A stretch of DNA of 62,588 nucleotides, counting the filler. It is 6 parts of 6 records of this genome, joined end to end, with 100 filler letters (N's around TTAATTAATTAA, not from the genome) between each part and the next. Parts side by side here need not be neighbours in the genome. Positions count along the whole stretch, not along the records: positions 12,570 to 33,065 come from SRR20825010_6852; 5 more parts are not named here. One strand, 5' to 3'. The position numbers and the translations under genes were made by a program. The notes beneath the pieces were generated by a model. That model saw only the letters and a list, made by a program, of their open reading frames with translations, ran no database searches and was not told where the DNA came from. Shown here piece by piece: positions 19,132 to 27,565 of the stretch. Each line of letters starts with the position of its first letter. Positions within the stretch are counted from its first letter, which is position 1.

Positions 19132-22100
19132 ATGAGACTAAAATTCTACCTAATCAAAATCAATAGTAGGCAGCTGGGGATGGCCTTGCTAATGTTGACC
19201 TGTATGGTCTTCCAATCCCTTTCTCAAGCAACTGACGCTACAATTCAAGGCGTTATTACTGCTACTGATGCCAGCACTTTACCAGGCGCAACCATACTTG
19301 TCAGAAATATGGCCACTGGTTTTCAAACTGGGACTGTAACCAATGCAAATGGTGAATATCGTTTTATTCAAGTGCCATTAGGCGGCCCTTATGAAATCAC
19401 TGCTTCTTTTGTGGGTTACGGCTCAAAAAAGAAAGAGGGTTTTATGGTAAATCAGGGAGATCAGTTAAAAATCAATTTTGAATTATCTGAGGCAGTTACA
19501 GAAATGGAAACCATTGTGGTAACTGGTGATCAAATTCGTTCTTCTATAGACAGACAGGGAGAAGCGACTATCGTAAGCACGCAGCAAATTCAAAACTTGC
19601 CTTCTGAAGGAAGAAACTTTACTCGTTTAGTGAGTTTGTCTCCATTACAAGGTGGAGGGAGCTTGAATTTGGGTGGACAAAGAAGAACTTCAACCAATGT
19701 TACCATTGATGGTTTGAACGCTAGAAACACATTAACGGCTGGTGAAATTGGTCGTGGGCCATATACCATTTCACAAGAGGCAATTAGAACTTTTGAGATT
19801 TCTACAAACGATTATGATGTAACACAAGGTCGGCAAGGCGGTGGTGCTGTAAAGGCGGTAACCAAGTCTGGAACTAATGATTTGCAAGGAAGCGCCTTTG
19901 TTTACCACAGAAATGACAAGCTTCAAAATGACCTTGATATTAGAGAAAACGAAAGAACTGCCGACTTCAACAATACACAATATGGTATGAGTCTAGGTGG
20001 ACCAATCATTAAGGATAAAGTTCACTTTTTCGCAGTATACGAGCAACAGGATGCTACCGACCCACTTTTTATCGCAGATATTCAAACTGCTGATGACGAG
20101 AATAGATTAGGTTTGACTAAGGCTAATTTGGATCGCTACCTACAAATAGCAAGAACAAAATATGGTTTAAGTACCGACCAACAAGTTGGCCAGTTTGAGA
20201 GGAAATCTGAGGCTAGAACCTTCTTTGCTCGTGTAGATTGGCAGTTGAACAATATTCACAGATTGACAATCAGAAATAATTATAACAAATACACTAATCC
20301 TTTTGGCACCAGTGATAACTCGAGCTTTGAATTGGCAGAGAGTTACTCTGATTTCGAATCTTTGGAAAATACATTGGGCGTTTCATTGCGATCGGCCTTC
20401 AACGCCAACTTTACCAATGAATTTAAATTGCAATATCAGCATGCTGAAAGAGCTTACAACCCAAGCGCACAATTGCCTTCTTCAAACATTCCAAGGGCGA
20501 TTGTAAATGTGCAGTCCATACTTCCAAATGGTTCTTCGGCCAGCAGGACTGTTCAGTTGGGTGGTCAGCGTTATTCTCCTGAAACTAACTTGGAGAACAT
20601 GGTGCAGTTCACCAACACAGCTTATTTATCTAGAGGAAATGTGAATTTCACCTTCGGAACGGACAACATGATTACCTATTTAGAGACCTTACTTTCAAAT
20701 GAACAAAATGGTCGTTTCTTCTTCGATTCACTCGATGATTTCGAAAACTTAATGCCAAGCCGTTATGCCAGAGAAGTGCCATTGCAAGGTTTGCCAATTG
20801 TAAAACAAACCGTGTTGGATTTATCCCTTTTCGCACAAGCAGAATTTAGCCTACACCGTGATTTGGAAGTAATTGCTGGAGTAAGATGGGATGGAACAAT
20901 CTTCACTGAAGGTGCAGAATTCAACCAAACTGTTTTCAATGAATTAGGAATTAGAACGGACAACCGTCCACAAGATTTGGATAACATTCAACCAAGATTA
21001 CAAGGGATATGGAATATTGGAGGTAAAGATTCTGACATTATCAAATTGGGTGGAGGTATCTTCAACTCTCAACCGCATTACTATGCTCAGGTGAATAACA
21101 TTCAAAATTCTGGAACTTTACTTGGGGCTATTGATGTAACGGGTGCCGATGTTCCAACGCCTGACTTCAATGCATACAGAAATGATCCAAGTACAGTGCC
21201 TGGTGTTCCTGCAGGTCAAGTGCCATTTAGTACGATTAACGCTGTAGGAGATAATTTTGAAGTGCCAACTACGGCTAAATTTAACGTTGATTACACCCAC
21301 TATTTTGGTGATAAGTATTCTGTTTCTGTAAACTATTTGGCGAGTAAAACCACCAACAACTACGTTTATCAGGAAGCCAACTTGGTGACAGATCCATTCT
21401 TTGTAACCAATGAAGGTAGAGAAGTATTTGTGCCTGCAAACACCATTACTTCAGGTGGTATTACCGATTGGACCAACAGTAGAATTTCTAACCAAGTAGG
21501 TAGAGCTTTGGTATTGGAGTCTGACGGAGAAGTAAAGCAACATGCGATTATTATTTCTGGTTCTGCCCAAGTAGGAAAAGACGGTTACTTTAATATTTCA
21601 TACACAAGAAATAGCTCAAAAGATAACTCTTCTTATAACTGCTGTGTGGCCAACACATCTACTTTCTTGCCTGTTACGGGTGATCCAAGAGACTTGAACT
21701 ATGGTTATTCTGATAATAATTTCCGTTCGAAATTTGTAGTGAACACTGCTTCACCTTCTTTCCACGGTTTTGTATTAGGAGCTACAGTTACCGGTTCAGG
21801 AGGAAGTCCTTTCAACTTTGTAGTGGATAATAACAACAGAAGTGCAAACGGTGATTTCAACTTGTCAAACGATCAGGCATACATTTTCGATCCGAACGAT
21901 GCAAACACTCCTCAAGCAATTAAGGATGGTTACAATGATATTTTGAATAACCCAGAGGTGTCTCAGAATTTCAAAGATTATCTACAAGATAACTTCGGTC
22001 GTTTTGCAGAAAGAAATGCTGGAGTAAATGGTTTCTACGCAAACATCGACCTTCGTTTATTGAAGAAGATTAAGCTAACGAATGGTCATGGTTTAGAGCT

Positions 22101-22314
22101 TTCTGCCGACCTATTCAACTTTGCAAACTTCTTGGATAGCTCAAAAGGAAATACTCATAACTATGGCAGAAACCGTGAGCTCATGCGAATTACTGGCTTT
22201 GATCAAGCTACTAAGTCCTACGATTATTCAGTACAAACGGGTGCTGGTAACGAGCCAATTGGCGGAACACCATGGAGAGTTCAGGTTGGTTTGCGCTATA
22301 CTTTCGGCCAATAA
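19132..22314 (+). CDS. TonB-dependent receptor, Oar-like with N-terminal carboxypeptidase-regulatory domain
   Basis: Signal peptide, LPGATI...GGPYEI, GRNFTRL, VTKSGTND..GS, LGGPIIKDK, C-terminal QVGLRYTF. Confidence 0.92.
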   Translation: MRLKFYLIKINSRQLGMALLMLTCMVFQSLSQATDATIQGVITATDASTLPGATILVRNMATGFQTGTVTNANGEYRFIQVPLGGPYEITASFVGYGSKKKEGFMVNQGDQLKINFELSEAVTEMETIVVTGDQIRSSIDRQGEATIVSTQQIQNLPSEGRNFTRLVSLSPLQGGGSLNLGGQRRTSTNVTIDGLNARNTLTAGEIGRGPYTISQEAIRTFEISTNDYDVTQGRQGGGAVKAVTKSGTNDLQGSAFVYHRNDKLQNDLDIRENERTADFNNTQYGMSLGGPIIKDKVHFFAVYEQQDATDPLFIADIQTADDENRLGLTKANLDRYLQIARTKYGLSTDQQVGQFERKSEARTFFARVDWQLNNIHRLTIRNNYNKYTNPFGTSDNSSFELAESYSDFESLENTLGVSLRSAFNANFTNEFKLQYQHAERAYNPSAQLPSSNIPRAIVNVQSILPNGSSASRTVQLGGQRYSPETNLENMVQFTNTAYLSRGNVNFTFGTDNMITYLETLLSNEQNGRFFFDSLDDFENLMPSRYAREVPLQGLPIVKQTVLDLSLFAQAEFSLHRDLEVIAGVRWDGTIFTEGAEFNQTVFNELGIRTDNRPQDLDNIQPRLQGIWNIGGKDSDIIKLGGGIFNSQPHYYAQVNNIQNSGTLLGAIDVTGADVPTPDFNAYRNDPSTVPGVPAGQVPFSTINAVGDNFEVPTTAKFNVDYTHYFGDKYSVSVNYLASKTTNNYVYQEANLVTDPFFVTNEGREVFVPANTITSGGITDWTNSRISNQVGRALVLESDGEVKQHAIIISGSAQVGKDGYFNISYTRNSSKDNSSYNCCVANTSTFLPVTGDPRDLNYGYSDNNFRSKFVVNTASPSFHGFVLGATVTGSGGSPFNFVVDNNNRSANGDFNLSNDQAYIFDPNDANTPQAIKDGYNDILNNPEVSQNFKDYLQDNFGRFAERNAGVNGFYANIDLRLLKKIKLTNGHGLELSADLFNFANFLDSSKGNTHNYGRNRELMRITGFDQATKSYDYSVQTGAGNEPIGGTPWRVQVGLRYTFGQ

Positions 22315-22345
22315 TGGTTTTTGAAGATAGATAGATTAGAGTGCT

Positions 22346-22381
22346 AGGAGTGGGGGGGCGAAAGCTCCCGCTCCTTACTTT
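22346..22381 (+). terminator. GNRA-capped hairpin between receptor and phosphodiesterase genes
   Basis: AGGAGTGGGGGGGC-GAAA-GCTCCCGCTCCT followed by TACTTT. Confidence 0.55.
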
Positions 22382-22395
22382 TAAATAGACATAAC

Positions 22396-23736
22396 ATGAG
22401 AAAATATACAGCAATAATTTTAGTGATGTTTTTAGGCTTGAGCCTAAATGCTCAGCAGTCAGAACACGTGGTGTTGATTTCGATTGACGGTTTCCGTCCG
22501 GATTTCTATATGGAGGCCAAATGGCCTGCACCCAACTTAAAGTGGATGGCTGATAGAGGAGCAAAAGCGGAAGGTGTTCGTGGTGTTTACCCTACGGTAA
22601 CTTACCCTTCGCATACCACTTTAATCACAGGGGCCAAGCCCGCCCGTCATGGTATTTATTACAATTCTCCATTTGAAGAAAAAGGTCAGACTGGCGCTTG
22701 GTATTGGTATGAAAACGAAATTAAAGTACCCACCCTTTGGGATGCCGTTCGTGCGAAAGGAATGAAATCAGCCGCTTTTATTTGGCCTGTATCTGTAGAT
22801 GCACCAATCGACTATAATATTCCGGAATACTGGTATTTGAAAGAAGGGACAGATCGTATTGAGCCAATGCGCGACAAAGATTTTCCGAATGGTTTTTTCG
22901 AAGAACTTGAAAGAGAAGTTTTAGGAAAAATGAGCAACACTACATTTAATGGTGAGTTTTTTAATAGAGAAGATAGAACAGGAGAAATGGCTGCTTATGT
23001 GCTAGAAAAGCACAAGCCAAATTTCATTGCATTACACTTAATAGGTACAGATCATTTTCAGCACCAAGGAGGTAGAGACGGTGAAATGGTGCCTTTTTCC
23101 GTAGCCGCAGCAGATAGAGCGATTGGTAAAATAAAGGAAGCGGCAGAAAGAGCTGGGATTTTAGATAAAACCACTTTTATCATTTCAGGAGACCATGGTT
23201 TTGTGGATGTACACTCACTTTTGAGCCCGAATGTTTGGTTGGCAAATGCAGGTTTAATGTCTACTGCTCAGGATCGAGGAAACTGGAAAGCCACTTTTCA
23301 CACTTCTGGTGCAGCCGCTTTCTTAATGTTGAAAGACCCTAAGGATACTAAAACCTTGAATCAGGTAAAGCAGATTTTAAATGACCTTCCTGAGAAAACT
23401 AAAAAGCTTTTCCGACTAGTTTCGAAAGAAGAGTTGGCTCAAGTAGGTGCCGATCCAAATGCATTTTTGGCCATTGCCCCGATACCTGGTGTAGCGATGT
23501 CGGGTTCTGCTTCTGGTGATGATTTGAAAAGAGGTTCGGGTGGAACACATGGATATTTCCCAGACTTCAAGCAAATTGAGACTGGATTTGTAGCGTGGGG
23601 TGCAGGAGTAACCGAAGGAAAGCTTATTCATAAAATGGGTCTGGAAGATGTTGCACCGGTAATCGCGGCTTTATTAGGGTTGGATTTTACCGCACCTGAT
23701 GGAGTTTTGTTTCCAGGTATTCTAGAGAAAAAATAG
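22396..23736 (+). CDS. Alkaline phosphatase superfamily nucleotide pyrophosphatase/phosphodiesterase (NPP)
   Basis: Signal peptide; SIDGFRPD, PTVTYPSHTTLITG (Thr nucleophile), DHFQH, GDHG, GTHG. Confidence 0.92.
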   Translation: MRKYTAIILVMFLGLSLNAQQSEHVVLISIDGFRPDFYMEAKWPAPNLKWMADRGAKAEGVRGVYPTVTYPSHTTLITGAKPARHGIYYNSPFEEKGQTGAWYWYENEIKVPTLWDAVRAKGMKSAAFIWPVSVDAPIDYNIPEYWYLKEGTDRIEPMRDKDFPNGFFEELEREVLGKMSNTTFNGEFFNREDRTGEMAAYVLEKHKPNFIALHLIGTDHFQHQGGRDGEMVPFSVAAADRAIGKIKEAAERAGILDKTTFIISGDHGFVDVHSLLSPNVWLANAGLMSTAQDRGNWKATFHTSGAAAFLMLKDPKDTKTLNQVKQILNDLPEKTKKLFRLVSKEELAQVGADPNAFLAIAPIPGVAMSGSASGDDLKRGSGGTHGYFPDFKQIETGFVAWGAGVTEGKLIHKMGLEDVAPVIAALLGLDFTAPDGVLFPGILEKK

Positions 23737-23784
23737 GCTCTATTCCCAGTTTATAGTGCTTTGTAAACTGGTAATGATGCAGTG

Positions 23785-23812
23785 AAAAGGGATCGCTACG
23801 ATCCCTTTTTTT
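23785..23812. terminator. Intrinsic terminator between convergent genes
   Basis: AAAAGGGATCG-CTA-CGATCCCTTTTTTT. Confidence 0.85.
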
Positions 23813-23829
23813 GTACTATAAATAATAAG

Positions 23830-24429
23830 TTATGCAGTTTTTTTTAGTCTCGAATGGCTTAGTTTTTTAATCACCTGACTTACGGTTTGACGTGTCATTC
23901 CTGTCAAATCACCGATTTCCTGTTTGGTAAGCAGTGAGAATAGGTGATGCTTTTTGTTTTCAGAATCCATAATTTCTCGGTCAAAGTCATTATGAATTAC
24001 TTGCAGACGTTCTATGCTATTTGCTGAACGAATACTGAATAAGCGTGATTCTGCAATGCTCCATCGCCTTACTGCATTTTTATTGAACCACTCAGAAACT
24101 TTCGGGTCTTCAACAATGATGCGTTTAAAAAAGTCGAGCTGATAAACACGTAAACGGCAGGGTATTATAGTTTTCGCAAATTCAAAAAACTGCCCATTTA
24201 AGTATTTTAAATTACCGAAAGTGTCTGGCGCGCTGAGGATGTCGTAGGTAATGTCTTGTCCTTGAGAACCATAACTGCCCAGTTTTACAGCGCCAGATAC
24301 AATTTCATACACAGAGTTGGTCTGTTGGCCTGGCTGGTAAATTAACTGGTCCTTACCAATATAGATTTCCTTTACTGCTCTGTCTAAAGGGTAATCATCA
24401 AAAGAACGCAAGTGTTCAATCAGGTTCAT
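23830..24429 (-). CDS. Crp/Fnr family transcriptional regulator
   Basis: cNMP-binding-like N-terminus; LTKQEIGDLTGMTRQTVS HTH. Confidence 0.9.
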   Translation of the reverse strand: MNLIEHLRSFDDYPLDRAVKEIYIGKDQLIYQPGQQTNSVYEIVSGAVKLGSYGSQGQDITYDILSAPDTFGNLKYLNGQFFEFAKTIIPCRLRVYQLDFFKRIIVEDPKVSEWFNKNAVRRWSIAESRLFSIRSANSIERLQVIHNDFDREIMDSENKKHHLFSLLTKQEIGDLTGMTRQTVSQVIKKLSHSRLKKTA

Positions 24430-24577
24430 TGTTCAGGTTGTTGAGTTGGTTCAAATTTAAAGATTGATCTTCTCATCAATGAAATTATAATGTTATGCTT
24501 TGTTTACTTTGGATGAACGGCTTCAGAATTTTTTGTAATTTCTTCATTATAATAAAACAAATAATTATTTTGATTGA

Positions 24578-26659
24578 GTGAATTTTAATGCTTTCCCTTT
24601 TATTAGATTCTCTGCTGTCTTTATCTTTGGAGTGGTTGTTTATCATTACGGCCACGAATGGATTGATATTAACATTTGGTTACCCATCACACTTTTCATC
24701 ATCTACGTTTTTCTAGCAGTTCGCAATTCTTTGCGCTATCAATATTTGCTCTCCGTTTTGGCTTTGACCATCCTTTTTTGTTCGGGTTTTCTTAGGTTGA
24801 AAGAACACAGAGTTGATAATTCAGCCTATCACTTGTTGAGCATTAGTCAAGAAATTGAGGCATATAGAGCGGTGATTTATGAAGAACCTGCCATGAAGGC
24901 CAACTCGATCAATGTTCGACTTAAGGTTACGGATGTGCTCGCTGATCAATGGCAATTGGCTTCGGGTTATGTGAATGCTTATGTGAGTAAAGAAGCGGGT
25001 GATAGTTTAAAGTATGGAGATATTCTTTTAGTCAAAGGTTCACCAAATCTGACCGAAGCACCAGCCAATCCGGGTGAATTCAACTTTAAAAATTACTTAG
25101 TCTATAATAATATTTTCCACCAGCAATTTATTGGTGAGAATTTTCAGTTGCTTGGGCACGATTTGCCTTGGTGGAAATGGCCTGTTGCTACGTCAATCCG
25201 CATCAGAAACCAATGTGCCGAATTACTTAAAGCTAGAATTTTAGACCCAGATGCCAGAGGAGTTTTGTTGGCCATTACTTTGGGTGTAAAAGATGAGTTG
25301 GATACCGAACTTCAAACCTCATTTTTGGCAGCAGGTGCCATGCATGTACTGGCCGTGTCAGGTTTACATGTAGGGATTATTTACGGAATTATCCTGCTCA
25401 TTTTTAGACGAGTTAAGCTGAATTCTTGGAAAAGGCGTTGGTGGATGGCGATCATTAGCATTGTTCTTTTATGGTGCTACGCATTCATTACTGGGCTTTC
25501 TCCTTCCGTACTTCGTGCAGTGACCATGTTTTCCTTTGTAGCCATAGCTAAGGCAAAAAACACAAACAGTAGTATTTACAATACATTGGCCGCTTCGGCT
25601 TTTGTATTGCTTTGTTGGAATCCCTATTTAATTATGAGCGTAGGATTTCAACTGTCTTATTTGGCTGTTTTTGGGATCGTTTACCTTCAACCAAAATTTT
25701 ATGGTTTGTTCGATATCCATATTCTTTGGTTAGATAAAATTTGGGCAATTAGTTGTGTTTCATTGGCAGCGCAAATTGCCACCGCGCCTTTAAGTATTCT
25801 TTACTTTCATCAGTTTCCAACCTACTTCTTGTTCTCAAACCTCTTTATCATTCCCGCTGCCTTTGCCATGCTTATCTTGGGTTTGGCAGTGTTGGCTTTG
25901 GGTGGGGTTCCATTTTTAGGTGAGGCCGTCAGTTGGCTTACCGAAGGTTTTGTTCGGATCGTAAATTGGTTGGTGCACTGGGTAAGGTGGCTTCCAGGCA
26001 GTACTATGGAAGGTCTTCATCTAACCACTCCCGAAACTTGGCTGGTCTATGCTGTCACTATAATGCTCATCATTTTAATGGCGAAAAGACAATTCAAATT
26101 TCTAATGTGGTCGGTTACATTTTGTGCATTGTTCGCGTTAAGTCAGGTCAATCATTGGTATGGGTACAGAAATGCTGAGTTTAGCGTATTGAATGTTTCT
26201 GGCGAATCTGTGCTTGATTTTCGAGTGGGAAACAAAAGTAAGCTGGTTGCCGATACCTCTTTCACCCAAAACTTAGATCGAATTCAATTCCATTTAGAAC
26301 CAAAGCGGCAATTGGCAGGCAGCAGCCTTCTTCCTTCTGGGGATCAGTTGGAATTGGTGACCGAAGACTTGAACGGACATCAGTTGATTGTTTTTCAAGG
26401 CCAGCGAATACTTAAACTTAATCAAAGGCTTAAGGTTGAATTTGACAGTCCATTAGAGGTGGATTATCTCATTCTTTCAAACGAAAGTGTTTATGACCTT
26501 CAAGATTTGGAAGGGGAAATTGAGTTTCAAGAATTGATCATCGACAAATCAAATCGGAAGTTCTTGGCCGATAAGCTCACAAATCAGGCAGAAACGCTAA
26601 ATTTGAAAGTGCACTCCGTCTATCGCGATGGCTATTATTCAAGAATATGGAAGAAATGA
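24578..26659 (+). CDS. comEC: ComEC/Rec2 family competence protein
   Basis: NPGEFNFKNYL, GAMHVLAVSGLHVG, SPSVLRAVTM, GFQLSY. Confidence 0.92.
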   Translation: MNFNAFPFIRFSAVFIFGVVVYHYGHEWIDINIWLPITLFIIYVFLAVRNSLRYQYLLSVLALTILFCSGFLRLKEHRVDNSAYHLLSISQEIEAYRAVIYEEPAMKANSINVRLKVTDVLADQWQLASGYVNAYVSKEAGDSLKYGDILLVKGSPNLTEAPANPGEFNFKNYLVYNNIFHQQFIGENFQLLGHDLPWWKWPVATSIRIRNQCAELLKARILDPDARGVLLAITLGVKDELDTELQTSFLAAGAMHVLAVSGLHVGIIYGIILLIFRRVKLNSWKRRWWMAIISIVLLWCYAFITGLSPSVLRAVTMFSFVAIAKAKNTNSSIYNTLAASAFVLLCWNPYLIMSVGFQLSYLAVFGIVYLQPKFYGLFDIHILWLDKIWAISCVSLAAQIATAPLSILYFHQFPTYFLFSNLFIIPAAFAMLILGLAVLALGGVPFLGEAVSWLTEGFVRIVNWLVHWVRWLPGSTMEGLHLTTPETWLVYAVTIMLIILMAKRQFKFLMWSVTFCALFALSQVNHWYGYRNAEFSVLNVSGESVLDFRVGNKSKLVADTSFTQNLDRIQFHLEPKRQLAGSSLLPSGDQLELVTEDLNGHQLIVFQGQRILKLNQRLKVEFDSPLEVDYLILSNESVYDLQDLEGEIEFQELIIDKSNRKFLADKLTNQAETLNLKVHSVYRDGYYSRIWKK

Positions 26660-27429
26660 CTTTAGTAAAATACGCAGTGGTCAACCGAATTGCTATTATT
26701 ACCCTTAACCGACCGGAAAAAAGGAATGCCCTAAATGCCGAAATGGTAACGCAACTAAAGCAAGCTTTTACTCAGGCAGAAGAGGATGAGAACGCTAAAG
26801 TGATCGTATTGGAAGCTGCTGGCGATTCCTTTTGCGCTGGTGCAGACTTGGCTTATTTACAACAACTACAGAATAATACCTTCGAAGAAAATTTAGCCGA
26901 TTCAAATCATTTGAAAGAGCTTTTTCTGCAAATTTATCGACACCCTAAAGTGGTGATTGCTAAAATCCAAGGGCATGCTATCGCAGGCGGTTGTGGTTTG
27001 GCTACGGTCTGCGATTTCTCTTTCACGGTGCCCGAAGCCAAATTCGGTTATACAGAAGTACGAATTGGCTTTATTCCGGCCATCGTAAAGGTTTTCTTAC
27101 TTCGTAAAATTGGAGAGGGAAAGGCGAAATCACTATTGCTTACTGGAGAGTTAATTCCAGCCGAACTGGCCGAATCTATGGGGCTGGTCAACACTGTAGT
27201 GGAGGGTATAGAATTGGATAGGGAAGTGGCCAATTTTGCACAAATGTTGGTGGAAAAAAATTCAGGTCAGTCGATGACTTATACCAAGCAAATGATTGCC
27301 GCGGTACAAAGTATGGAGGTAGAAGAGGGGCTGAATTACGCTGCCGAAATGAACGCGAAAGCCCGTGCTTCAGAAGATTGCCAAAAAGGAATTGCTGCTT
27401 TTCTGAATAAGGAAAAGATTGTTTGGTAA
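26647..27429 (+). CDS. Enoyl-CoA hydratase/isomerase (methylglutaconyl-CoA hydratase-like)
   Basis: ITLNRPEKRNAL, FCAGADL, AIAGGCGL, EVRIGFIPA. Confidence 0.9.
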   Translation: MEEMTLVKYAVVNRIAIITLNRPEKRNALNAEMVTQLKQAFTQAEEDENAKVIVLEAAGDSFCAGADLAYLQQLQNNTFEENLADSNHLKELFLQIYRHPKVVIAKIQGHAIAGGCGLATVCDFSFTVPEAKFGYTEVRIGFIPAIVKVFLLRKIGEGKAKSLLLTGELIPAELAESMGLVNTVVEGIELDREVANFAQMLVEKNSGQSMTYTKQMIAAVQSMEVEEGLNYAAEMNAKARASEDCQKGIAAFLNKEKIVW

Positions 27430-27565
27430 GCTTTTGATGGTTTCTGAAAATCAATTGAGTACAGAATCATGACTATTGAGTGTAACCATAAAACAGTTGG
27501 TGTTGTCCAATTTTTGGAAGTATAAGTTATCGCTTACATTTCTGTTGGTTTAAACTCAAAAGGTC

